Source: Paragordius varius
Taxonomy: Eukaryota > Animalia > Nematomorpha
Length of the DNA: 64,000 bases
Assembly: GCA_964247055.1 (NCBI GenBank)
Contig: OZ176052.1
Span: 4,774,001-4,838,000 of the forward strand
Direction: 5' to 3'
In this document: positions 15,201 through 27,370 of the stretch, in pieces
Position numbering within the stretch: the first letter of the stretch is position 1
How the letters are laid out: each line of letters starts with the position of its first letter
The notes under the pieces: generated by a model
What the model was told of the DNA's origin: nothing
Database searches by the model: none
Seen by the model: the letters and a program-made list of their open reading frames with translations, nothing else
Translations under genes and position numbers: made by a program

Positions 15201-18200
15201 TTCTGGGTAGCTACTAAACTTAAATGATAATTCTTCTATAATTTATATAGAGATATTTTCAGTTACTGCAATTAAGCTATTAACTTTTATAGTGATTATT
15301 TCTATATAATGAATTTTTGTTTTTAATTTTAAATTTTAAGATCTTATAAATTTATTGTGACCTATATCATTATATCTTCTTGACTTATGTAGGTGAATAT
15401 CCAAATTATCGCCTCTTCCAACAATATTTTGTTAAAACGCTACCCCTGCTATGTAAAACCATCTATTTGGAAAGTAAATTATTTTTGAGAACTTAATATT
15501 CTTTATATCTAAATTAATTATAACTCAATTTTTGCAAACGTATAAAAGCAATTTATCCACTTTATTTATATAAATTAGATTTTCAATCCACCGACGTAAA
15601 ATTGAATCTTTATGGCTGTCTCCAATCCTATTTACAATTAGCAGCGAAACACAATGTTAAACCCATTTCTTTTCCTTCTTTGGATAATATAAAATATGGT
15701 ATGATAATATTATCACTATTTTTAATTAACATAACAACTCTTACTTTTAAACAAAAATATACACACGCAATACCTTTTCCTTATATTTTACTTATATTTT
15801 TTCTCTTTTTAGCGCGTTTTATTCCCAATCAGGGGTGTCCAACACAAATGGCTTTGCGGGCCGCATTTTTAGGTCAATAATTAAAACGGACCGCATTCGA
15901 AACATATATGGGCATATATAAACAATTTTTTAAAATTTCAAACATAAGACTTTCAAAAGATATAGTATGCAACAATTTTTCTCGTTCTTGCTATTTGGAT
16001 AGACTAATTTAAAACGAATTGTTTAAGGAATATCAATTTTGCCAAGATTTTGTGAACATGCTTTTGCAAATTATGGATAAAATTCTTTGCGGGTCGCATG
16101 CGCGCATGTTGCCCACCCTTGCTCTAATATACTTACTTATATGTGGAATAATTTTGATTACAAACAAAATAGTTAAACAATATTTATTAAATAAAATAAA
16201 TTGGCCCTATATGAGGGGAGTGCATTCTATAAATATACACACATATATGTATTTTTTATTAAAATAATATTTTAGAAAACAATGATTTGGAATGCATCGA
16301 TGCTTTTAATTCGCTACTTGAGGAAGTTAAAACTGATTTTTATGGGTTTACATCTACCCTGGCACTTTTGCTCAACAATGATTCTTTTTTTAATGTGATA
16401 GCGCGTGATACTTCAAAATCCTCATTTGGATCCGATTTAATACAGGTAAAAACTTATATTAACAATGATTTAAAACGTTAAAAATTTATCAATCACTCTA
16501 TTTATTTTAAAAAACATTAATTAACCCTATGATATGACTATACCTACGAAAACTAATTTTTATTGTTTTTGGTGTAAATATAACCACGAAATATCTAGTT
16601 TATGAATAGGTACAACCAATATATTGGTCTAAACTAAAAACAAAATATAAAAAAAACTAATAAGTATAATTAGGCTTATAGTTGATAGGCTCTTTTTACT
16701 TTTATATATTACGTTTTCAGATATCTGCAATGAATGTGTTGGCTCTCATCATGGAATTAGACCAATTTTCGCTTGTGTCCAATAATAATACGGATTTAAA
16801 TTCAACCATGAATTTAACATCAACACTACACGCTGTAATTTGCTATCAAGCTTGGTTTGAACGATTCCATCGCAACGGATACTTTAATATATTGTGTTCG
16901 CCAATTTTATTTTACGGTAACATACAAGAAATTTTTGTGAAACCTATTTATATAATTTCGTTTATATATATTATAATTAAAACAGATTTTGACCTAGGTA
17001 GATGCAAATACCATTTCTTTTTTTAATTCAAGTATTGAAGGTCCAATAATTTGGCCAATTTTCGCTAAAATAATTGTAGAATATAAATCATTTTCGACAC
17101 GTGAATAGTATAAAAAAATGGAAATTTATTTAAAACGTGTCATAGAATAAATATTGCGAACGGTTTCGGACACTTTAACGTATGTCCGTCCTCAGCGTTA
17201 AAAAAAATTATATAAATGAGTATGGATAAAATGGTTCTTTATATACAATTTTTTAAAAACGTTTATTGTTGTTTTTTTCTTAAAAAAATGATAAGTTAAA
17301 ACAATTTGTCATTGAGAGTGGTTTAAACCATGTCGAACAAACAATTTATTAAATTTACAACCATATACTAAAAAAAAGACACAAAAAATAAATAAGGGAC
17401 AACAACTTTGAGTGGAAAACAAAAGAGTCCATATGGGATCAATCATCAAGAATGACTTTCCATATATCATCACTCATCTTTTGTCCCTCCTCTCGGTTAA
17501 AGTTGTTTCCTTTGAGAATCTCTAATGATTCCCGTGTAAGCCTTTGATTATTATTGAAAATTGTAATGCAACTTACATTGTCAAAGGAAACTTTATGGTT
17601 TTTCTTCCAACAATGTTCCGCAATACAACTTTTAAAATCTCCATTCTTTATGTTATACTTGTGTTCATTCAGGCGTGTTTTAACTTTCCTTGCGGTTTGG
17701 CCGATGTATACCTTGCCACACTCCCATGGAACTTTATACACCCCTGGATAATTTAATTTGGATTTATCATTACTTGATAAAAAAGTTTTTAATTTTAGAC
17801 CTGGTTTAAATCCCACACCAATGTCAAATTGCTTTAAAGTGTGAGCTATGCGATCGGTGATGTTCTGTATATATGGTAATGAAATAAAAAACTTATAATT
17901 TTTGGTGTTTTCCTTGGTATTATTTAGTGATAAAATTGCTCGATGGATATCGTTTGCAGCATATCCATTTTTTATAAAGGTTTCCACAAAACGCTCTGTT
18001 ATAATATTCTTATTTGCATTATCTGTCAGTTTAAGCCGGCGAAAAATTGATTTTTCAAAACATTCTTTTTTTGTAACGAGTTGTGGTAAGAACTTTTATG
18101 TAAATAGGTATTGGAATGAGTGGGTTTTTGATAAAAACTGTATGACAATGTTGTGTCATTTCGAGTAATTAGAACATCTAAAAATGGTAGTGATCGGTTA

Positions 18201-21200
18201 GCCTCAAGTGCTTAATGACCATATGATCTCAATTTTAAATAAAGGCCTAAAATTTGCTATTTCTCCCTCAGTTGTGCCAGTAGAACAAATTATCTCAAAC
18301 GTTGAAGCAGGTCCCCTTCGTATAATCCAAAAATAGCTGACATCATTAGAATGCAAGTCGTATCTATCCTAAAGAACAACAAAGATGAAAGAAGGCGATC
18401 AAACATATCACGTGAAGAATATATAGCATTAAAAGAGTTGAAAATTAATAATCACATTTTTATTTCAAACTCTGACAAATGAAACCAAGTAGTTATAATG
18501 AACTTGTTAGACTATAATCAAAAAATGCAACATATTTTAGAAGATACATCCAAATATAAAAAGATCACACGATGCTCTTTTAACACATTCACATAAATGT
18601 TAACATCTCCCATTCCGTCACATTTACACAATTCGTTAATTCCTCAATGCCCTATTAATCCCAGTATGTATGGTGTCCCAAAGACGCATAAAACGGATGT
18701 TCCACTGCGTTCAATTGTTTCCACAAAAATTCGTCTCTATATGGTTTGGCACAACATTTATCCGAATATTTACAACCCTTCTTCAAAAAACAAATTAAAA
18801 AATTCGTTTGAATTTATTGATAAAATAAGGGATATACATGTAGCCGAAACCGATTTATTAATAAGTTTAGATGTGGAAAGCCTCTTTACCAGTGTACCAC
18901 TTAAAGAGTTAACCCATCTTCTTAAAGATTTAAAGGTGGATGCGAAATATATTTCCTTGATTGAATTTTGTATAAATAATAATTTTTTGAATTCAATGAT
19001 AATTTTTATTGGCAGAAGGACGGTTTACATGGGTTCCCCGATTTCCTCCATTCTAGCTGATCTTTTTATGGAAACATTTGAAAATCAATTTATACTAAAT
19101 TATTTTTTAAAACCAAAATTTTATACCCGGTATGTGGACGATATGTTTATCATTCCACATACAAGAATCTCTCCTTATTTTTAGATTATATAAATTCGAA
19201 TCCTTTTAACATACCGTTAACTGTCGAATTTGAGGCTAACCGATCACTACCATTTTTAGATGTTCTAATTACTCGAAATGACACAACATTGTCATACAGT
19301 TTTTATCAAACCACTCATTTCAATACATATTTACTTAAAAGTTCTTACCACAACTCGTTACAAAAAAAGAATGTTTTGAAAAATCAATTTTTCGCCGGTT
19401 TAAACTGACAGATAATGCAAATAAGAATATTATAACAGAGCGTTTTCTGGAAATTTTTTTAAAAAATGGATATGCTGCAAACGATATCCATCGAGCAATT
19501 TTATCACTAAATAATACCAAGGAAAACACCAAAAATTATAAATTTTTTATTTCATTACCATATATACAGAACATCACCGATCGCATAGCTCACACTTTAA
19601 AGCAATTTGACATTGGTGTGGGGTTTAAACCAGGTCTAAAATTAAAAACTTTTTATCAAATAATGATAAATCCAAATTAAATTATCCAGGGGTGTATAAA
19701 GTTCCATGGGAGTGTGGCAAGGTATACATCGGCCAAACCGCAAGGAAAGTTAAAACACGCCTGAATGAACACAAGTATAACATAAAGAATGGAGATTTTA
19801 AAAGTTGTATTGCGGAACATTGTTGGAAGGAAAACCATAAAGTTTCCTTTGACAATGTCAGTTGCATTACAATTTTCAATAATAATCAAAGGTTTACACG
19901 GGAATCATTAGAGATTCTCAAAGGAAACAACTTTAACCGAGAGGAGGGACAAAAAATGAGTGATATATGGAAAGTCATTCTTGATGATTGATCCCATATG
20001 GACTCTTTTGTTTTCCACTCAAAGTTGTTGTCCCTTATTTATTTTTTGTGTCTTTTTTTTAGTATATGGTTGTAAATTTAATGAATTGTTTGTTCGACAT
20101 GGTTTAAACCACTTTCAATGACAAATTGTTTTATCATTTTTTAAGAAAAAAACAACAATAAACGTTTTTAAAAAATTGTATATAAAGAACCATTTTATCC
20201 ATACTCATTTATATAATTTTTTTTAACGCTGAGGACGGACATACGTTAAATGTCCGAAACCGTTCGCAAATTTTATTTATTCTATGACACGTTTTAATAA
20301 ATTTCCATATTTTTTAAAATAATTGTAAATCTATTAAAAAAATTAAGTTTCAGCTTATAAACTTTCATTAATTTTTTCTTAATAATTGTTAACATTTAGT
20401 TGAATTAATTCTCATAGACGGTATATAATTTAGGAAATGGACCCATAAAAGACTCTAAAGATAAAACCGAAATTTCAACATACAATTTGGATGATGTTTT
20501 GATTCAGAGTGTTTGTGAGGCAGCATCGCACGAAGCTGGTAGCAATCTTAAGATACTTTACCTTTATCGTTCAATTATGGTATTACGGCATTTATATAAT
20601 ATATTTTAAATTAATTTATATTTGAAATGTTAATATTTCTGGTTTTTTTTGAAAGTATTATAAACCAAACATATATTTATATGATTGAAATGTCGAAAGC
20701 AATATAGTTCCAAAAAATTTGGGTGTTTTGGGATAGGAAAGATTAAATTAATTTTTCAGGTTAATAATTTATCGTAAAAAGTTTTTTCATAATAATATTT
20801 ATTCATAGAGAAATATGATATACAAGTTTTTTAAATACCCATGAATTTAAAATTTACCTACTTTTTTTTCTATATATTTAGATCTTTTTAACAAAAATTG
20901 CATCCACCAAAGATGGTGCACATGTCCTACTCGAAAATAATATCATATTAGCAATGCGCAATATGCAATGTTTTAGTGTTGGAACAGAATTAGAACTATT
21001 ATCAAAACAAAAGTATTTTTTTTTCATTTAAATTTTGTTTGGAATATCCAAAATTATATAAAAGGCAAAACATAAAACTAAAAGGCTAATTTTTTTAACA
21101 AGGCAATCTATGTTTGTAACCTTGATTTTTTGTCATACCCCTGTTAAGGGCTATAAAATTAAATATTTGGATTTCCGAACACTACAATTTTATATTTCAC

Positions 21201-24200
21201 AATTAATAATATATTTTTTACAATCAAGATCAAAAGTTTATTGATAACAAAAATATTATTTTTGCATTTTTTTTAGTTTTGTTATATCGTTAATTTTACT
21301 CTATTTAAATCAAATCGTATACCATTTACAATTCAAATTCGCACTTAAACATTTCAAATTCACCCTTGAACAATTCAAATTTATTCTGGAACAATTCAAA
21401 TTTACCCTCAATTTTATGATTTTCAAGATAAAAAATAACCTATATTTTTATATATTTTTTTAAAAAAAATTTGTGTTAAATTTTAAAATACTGAAAAAGT
21501 AATAAACTATGCCATAAAGATATATTTCATATTAATAATGAGTTATATTAGTTCGAAAACACATAATTTATTTTTAGGGTGAATTTGAATTGTTCCAGGG
21601 TGAATTCGAAATGTAAATGGTCTATCTTTATAATGGTATTTGTGTTTAAGAACCATTAAGGAAAATTACCCAAATAACGAAGAAAAATATAAAATGTACA
21701 TAACATTGCCGACAATCAAGTTTTTAGTGACGCTCCTTTCCTCTCATTATCATTATGGTTTGAGTTTCGTTCAAATGTCGCTACAGGTTATTTTTTAATT
21801 ATAAAATTATTCAGAACGATTTACATAAAATGTTAAATTTTTTTATTATAAGGAGTTTTGCTTTGAATCTCTAAATTTTTTTTAATAATGGGTTTTTTTA
21901 ATATTTCAATTTTTTGTCCTTAAAGGATAAAAAAATTAATATTTATTATTAAGAAAACCACATTTTTTATTACTGATTTTTTTATACAGCCTATAAAGAG
22001 TAATGTGTGATATAAGATGTGTTACAAACACGTTTATTCTATATTTTACAACCCACTCAAAAAATGTTATAACAGATTATAAAATTGAGTTTTTGTATTT
22101 TTTATGTTTCTTCATTTTTGACTAATTTAAATTTTTTTATTGCTAAAAATATTCATCCAGATATGCGATTTTTGGTTCACACATCATCGTTCATTATATA
22201 CCGCGGTGGAACATTTGAATGTCGAATTTTGTACGCACCTATTTAAAAGCAGCAATGATTCCACACTTGATGATGGTACATTCAATGTGTTGGAACATGT
22301 GGATGCTATTACCTCCCTTCTAACCTATTTATCAACTGCGTTATTGGGTTTGGTTTCTTTTCCCTTATAATTTATAATTCATTATGGAAACTCGCACCTT
22401 TTTTTATCCCCCTTAATGTGCTTTCTAAATTAAGCAGATTCCATTTATAGACTTGAGCTAAGTCTGATCCTTATGCACTTTTCCAATTAAATCATGTCAA
22501 ACTTTTTAAATTGTTTGTTAAAGTCAAGATCAAACTTACTTATTGCGTATTTAGCAAGCCAAAATAAAAATTTATACTTTTTATTTCTTTTTTATATCTC
22601 TAAATAATATTACATATTATATTGATTGAAAGTCGAATATAAAATATATAATTTTATATTTTGAAAAAGGGTCATTATCTGGATAAGCATGTATTGTTTT
22701 TCATAATCTAGTTATATGGGTTACTGTGTTATAAAACATAATACATTTTATAATTATTAATTTAACTCCCTTGATAATATGGCATACATAGCCTGTACCC
22801 CAGAAGAACTCAAAATGGCCTATCGTGCTCTTTCCAACATATCACCTTTGCAGCCTGTGGATACCATTTTATTTTTGAATCATGTTTACGATGTTATGCG
22901 TACTGTTTGTCTTAACCTTATTTTCCCATTGGTAAGTTATTAAAAACATTGAGAAATTTACATGATATAAAATTATTTATACTTTTGCTTACTAATAGTA
23001 TAATGCTAATTTAACACTTGATGGTCAAATCGTTATTTTTTCTATAAGTTTTAAACCAAAGGATTAGCATGTAGTATTTTATGTAATTTTGAATACACTA
23101 GCCACCACTTTAATGATGACCAATTCACATTATTGTTGACCGATGCAGTAGCGTATGATATAAAACAATTTTGTCCATAATTATATTTAATATGTTTAAT
23201 TTCACATATTTGTTGTCTTTTATCCATACGCTACTTTGTTGCTTGACCATAAATAAAGGAAGTGGCCTACAAAGTGGGTACTGTAATTTAGAAATGTTCA
23301 CCATGTGAAGATGTAATATATTTTTACCTATTTTGGTGTAATATAAATAAAAATTTGAATTGTTTTTTATATACATTTTTTCTATTGATTTGACATTGGA
23401 TTCTTGATTTTATGTGATTTTGGTTATAATAATTTGAAATTTAAATTATAAATATTTTGAGTAGCCAGTTAAGAATTATATTGGCAATAATATCGTTTTT
23501 TAAATAATAACGACGGTAAAAAACTATATATATATTTAAAAAAATATTATAAATGATTATTAATGCACAGGATACTTCAAAGATTACAAACCATTCAACG
23601 TTACTCCACTTACTGAAAATTCGATTCAATACTTTACTATTCTGTAATTATATAATTTTTTAGATCTAAAAAATTAATATACTGTTTAACTAATTTCACA
23701 ACATTTTATATCTTATATTACGACTTATTATGCGTTTTCTAACATTTTTCCTAGTTTCAAAATATGGTCAACATAATTCAATGCTAACAACGATTCAACC
23801 ACTTTTACTTCGTGGTATGTATTTTTTATGCCTTATTTCATGTTAAGGTTTCGATTTAAAATACTGATAATTTATATAAACTGTAGGGGCTAAATCATTT
23901 GATATCACGAATATGCTTGGGTTTTTGGAACAAACTTCTGATGAAATTTTACAGCTAATGAAATCTTTCAATACAATCACTGATTACATTTCTAATGAAG
24001 CAAAGAACGATATAATTTACGTATAATTTAACCATTTCTATACTTTATTAAAAAATTTTTTTTATTAATTTTTACATTTATATAATAGAAAGATACTGAG
24101 CCTTCACCTATGTCGTCTTATACCATCTCCTTTACTATGTATCAACATGTATTTAAATTACATAAAGGTTATATCTTTTTCTCCATTTTTTTATTGGGCA

Positions 24201-25396
24201 CCACATATTTTATCAAATATTTTTTTTAGAATGTATGGAATGCCTTATGTCGACAATAGTAAAAAGCTTAAATGAATTAATCAATGATACTGGAAATAAA
24301 GGTTGATTTCTTTTTAATTTAAACTGTAACGTAGTATTCTTTCATTGAAATTTACTAATTTGGTATATTTATCATAAAATTTTCACCACTTTTTTCAAGC
24401 AAGCTAAAATTATGTAAATGAGAAGTATTAATTTATAATTTTATGTTGTTAGATATTTTTCAAGTTGAAATATATATTATTAGTTCCAAATAATTTGGGG
24501 CGTCTAATTAGGGTTAAAATGAATGGAGTCATTACTAATTGGTTATACAATATTATAATAATGAAGAATTTGATTAAGATATTTAATATGAAAATAATGT
24601 TCACTAACAGATATTTCTTATTTATTTTTATAACGGTACTTCAATAACTCATACAAAAAAATATTTTATAAATTGAAATTATTTTTTTATTCTGGTTTTA
24701 CTTTTAAAGATAGCCTATTCTTGAAACATTTGGTTAAACGGACACTATTATAAAATCGATATTAATTTTTAAATTCTATTAACCATGATTCGAAGAATTT
24801 CAATGCGTTTTATGACATATTGCAATTCACTTAACAAAAAACAGCTAAAGAGCATATAATTTTAATCGAATTTAATAAATTAAACTTATTTTAATTCTTT
24901 CTTCCCTGTTTTAGTTTTAGAAAAATGCGAATATCTTTTGGTTGGAAACAAGAAAATTATTATTTTAAATATATAATTTTTTATATACTTTGAATAAATC
25001 TAAGTGAAATATACTCTTAATGACCCAAATATATCAATGATTTAATCTTATTATTTTTATTTATAGCCACCTCGCAGATACCGACAAATGGCGTTCGAAG
25101 ATTATTGCATAATAATTCCACAATAATCAAACTTAAGCGTATCCTAAAGGTACGTTTTATATATCAATCAACTTTTATCAATTTATTTTCTCTATCATAT
25201 TAATAAATGGAAACCATTTTGTAGTTTTCTATTATATTGATATAATTAATATTAGTTTTATCAAGACCCGCTTTCATTGCATCAGTCAAATACAACGAAT
25301 GATAAATCGGTTAATTATTTCAAAACCAAATACCTCTCAAACATCATTTTTAATTACGAAACTATTGTTTCACATATATTGAATGAAACTGATTAA
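214..25396 (+). CDS. NUP205: Nuclear pore complex protein Nup205 (multi-exon, 5' end outside the window)
   Basis: Exon translations match remembered Nup205 motifs in the correct order: ISWEHFGTTF (3175 ORF; cf. VSWEHFFHSL), EQYESTVLEIYPLTLAFLRFI and FTQYVCETVLLPLFSRTYKDEVEK (about 6410-6795; cf. EIESRCEEYPLTRAFCQLI, YLQFLRDSVFLRFRTRAYRRAAEK), WFERFHRNGYF (16682 ORF), LKILYLYRSIM|IFLTKIASTKDGAHVLLENN (20434-20579, 20883-; cf. LKALYTYESKMAFLTRVAKIQQGALELLRSG), EKYKMYITLPTIKFL (about 21650-21787). Last exon 25256-25396 ends in TAA. Not all internal boundaries were resolved. Confidence 0.85.
1997..2280. mobile_element. MITE family A copy 1 (Nup205 intron)
   Basis: Ends TATACCATTTAC-like / GTAAATGGTATA with subterminal repeats GAACAATTCAAATTCACCCT and their reverse complement. 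Confidence 0.8.
2696..2929. mobile_element. hAT-type MITE family C; other copies at about 6968-7240, 14088-14384 (reversed), 15830-16121, 45330-45578
   Basis: Shared end CAGGGGTGTCCAACACAAATGGCTTCGCGGGCCGCATT and opposite end GCATGTTGGACACCCCTG-like. This copy has 8-bp flanks GTTATAAC / GTTTAAAC (6/8). Confidence 0.75.
3884..4139. mobile_element. MITE family A copy 2 (Nup205 intron)
   Basis: TATACTATTTAC...GAACAATTCAAATTCACCCTAAA ... TAGGGTGAATTTGAATTGTTC...GTAAATGGTATA. Confidence 0.85.
8807..9089. mobile_element. MITE family A copy 3 (Nup205 intron)
   Basis: TACCATTTACC...AAATTCACCCTCGAACAATTCAAATTCATCC ... TAGGGTGAATTTGAATTGTTCAAGGGTG...GTAAATGGTATA. Confidence 0.85.
14612..14785. mobile_element. 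MITE family A copy 4 (internally deleted, degraded)
   Basis: AATTTACCCTTG..AAATTTACCCTAAA ... TAGGGGGAATTTAAAATGTTCAAGGGTGAATT. Confidence 0.65.
17112..20308 (+). mobile_element. Penelope-like retroelement (RT + GIY-YIG), 5'-truncated, with an inverted copy of its 3' about 1.1 kb; inside Nup205 intron 16917-20433
   Basis: LNKGLKFAISP (about 18235), MYGVPKTHKTDVPLRSIVS, LISLDVESLFTSVP, MGSPISSILADLFME, YTRYVDDMF (18597 ORF), LPFLDVLI, GVYKVPWECGKVYIGQTARKVKTRLNEH (GIY-YIG). 17112-18207 is the reverse complement of 19230-20308. Frameshifts and stops are present. Confidence 0.92.
20225..20264 (+). ncRNA. Hammerhead-ribozyme-like motif (type I minimal, apparently degenerate) near the 3' end of the Penelope element; mirror copy at 17159-17199 (-)
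   Basis: AACG-CUGAGGA-C-GGACAU-ACGUUAA-AUGUCC-GAAAC-CGUU: core boxes CUGANGA and GAAA, 6-bp stem II and 4-bp stem I (AACG/CGUU). No stem III or NUH triplet. Confidence 0.5.
21318..21624. mobile_element. MITE family A copy 5 (Nup205 intron)
   Basis: TATACCATTTACAATTCAAATTC with four subterminal repeats ... TAGGGTGAATTTGAATTGTTC...GTAAATGGTCTA. Confidence 0.85.
23110..23420. repeat. Dispersed repeat, second copy at about 63770-63960
   Basis: CCAATTCACATT...ATGCAGTAGCGTATG...TACTGTAAT is shared between the two loci. Confidence 0.55.
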
Positions 25397-25949
25397 ACAT
25401 ATTATTTGTCATGCATGTATGTAAATAAATGAATTAGTTTTGTTATTAAACTTATTTTTTATATTACTATTAGAAACCGTTAAACATTTGTCTTTTAGTT
25501 AACTTTTGGGTGATCATTGAAGTGTTTTCTTTTATGTTATCTATTTCGTTAAGGGAAGGCTATAAAAGATAAATGATGACTATAATAAATTTGGAGTCTA
25601 ATCAAATATATCTTGGAAATTGTATAGATACCATTGGCTAACTCAATAAATAAATTAATATTAGTTAAATTTGATTTTAATCTACATAGTAACATATTTA
25701 TTTAAATATTATAGTAAAGGAGCTCATTTCGTATTTTATGGTTTTAAGCTTAGGTAAACGTTTTTATAACTTTATTCTAAAGATTAATACTGCTGAATTT
25801 TATTGACAAAGGTTTGTTTCACACTCAAATTTATTAAACATACAATTATTAACTTGCATCAAATGATAAATGAATTTATTAATAAATAATTTTGAGGTCT
25901 GGTATATCCTTAGAAACGAATTGTTATAAGTGTTTGTATTATATACTAA

Positions 25950-27048
25950 CACTAGACAACAAATTTTAACTTTTTTTAACTGCCATTCTTGTAAATTTAA
26001 AATTTATTTCATTAAAGTACATAATTAGTATATCTGAAAAGAAAATTGGTTTAGCATGCAAGAATTTTTTTATATTAGAGTTTATCGATAATTTTTGGCC
26101 CCGACTCGAAATTTCGAAAATTTAAAGTTTTAGATATGAAGCCATATATTTTATATCATTCGAAAGAGCGCAAAAAACTGCATCTTTTAAAAGGTAGTAA
26201 ATCATTTAAATCAATCGGATGTAAAAGTTATTTGGATTTAAATGGTCGAAATTTTCAATCCTTAAATAAGTCAAGAATTTTCACAGACAAACTAATTTGA
26301 AAATCATATAAATTATTTTATTATAATTATTAGGGTTATATTAGTATTAATTTAAAAAAAAATGTTTGAAAAAGCTTTTGGTTTGTTTTTTTAATAAAAA
26401 ATATTATTATCATAAATATTTTACCTAATGGATACTAAAATGCATAGTTATAACTGTAAATTTATTACATAATGGCTATAAAAGATTAAACATACCTTAA
26501 ACTTTGTTTTTATCTTTAAAATTTCGAAATTATCAGCCTCGTAAAGAAGATAAATTATTGATGAGATGGTAATTTTAAAAAATCAAAAAAACTTAAAAAT
26601 GGCTGTTTTGAGTGACATAAAAGCAATAAAAAAATGTTTTAATCAAAAAACTTTCTTGTGTAATCTTTTTTGAACATTCATCACCATCTAAACAAAGGCT
26701 ATTTTCATCCATTAGTTCTAAAAATATAATAATTAAAAAAATTCTTTCGCTTCGCGCGTTTGTCGCTCTTTGTGTCCAATATTAACTGTCGATGTAATAC
26801 ATATTAGTATACATTTTATAGAGTTTTTTTACTCTTTCGAATTATATATTACAAATGGGCATTACTTGTATATTTTCAAAGAAAAACATTTTTTAGTAAA
26901 ATTTTGATAAAAAGGGCGCATAATCAAAAAAATCAAATTATACAAAATCCATCGAGTTATAATTTTTATTTCAGATTTACTGTTAAAATGATAGTAAATA
27001 TCAGAAAATGCAAAAAACTTGAGTGGCAGAAAAATTTGTTGTCCAGTG
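25950..27048. mobile_element. Tc1/mariner-type non-autonomous element; related ends at about 28624 and 48341
   Basis: TIRs CACTAGACAACAAATTTT / AAAATTTGTTGTCCAGTG followed by TA. The copy at 48339 reads TA-CACTAGTCAACAAATTTGG. Confidence 0.6.
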
Positions 27049-27370
27049 TAATGTTTACGCTTCAATAAATTTTGCCGAAAAAAGCAAAGTATGCGTATAA
27101 TAAATTTTATGTCATAACCTGGCATATAATTTTAAAGGCTCTTTTGGCGCTTCTTTAACGAAACTAAGCTTTTAGCTGGTCCAAAAATGTGAAACTTTCG
27201 AAGCCTTTATCTAAAAATATAAATCGGTTGTGTTTATTCTTATTTTTACATTACTTATATAAGGAATATTGTGATTTCCTATTTATTAATAAACCGAACA
27301 CATCTTTTAATTCTAAAGTGATAAAAATTTTGAGCATTATATATAGAAAAAGCGTTTTTATAATTTAGAG

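Noticed and set aside
17544-19889. ORFs 17544-17756, 17554-17751, 17902-18168, 19335-19532, 19677-19889 and 19682-19879 as duplicated genes
   Set aside because: They are antisense shadows of the Penelope GIY-YIG region, duplicated because the arms are inverted repeats.
1997-21624. About 20-bp repeats GAACAATTCAAATTCACCCT as a CRISPR-like array
   Set aside because: There are no unique spacers, the repeats are mirrored at both ends of 250-300 bp palindromes, no cas genes are present, and the context is eukaryotic. They are MITE subterminal repeats.
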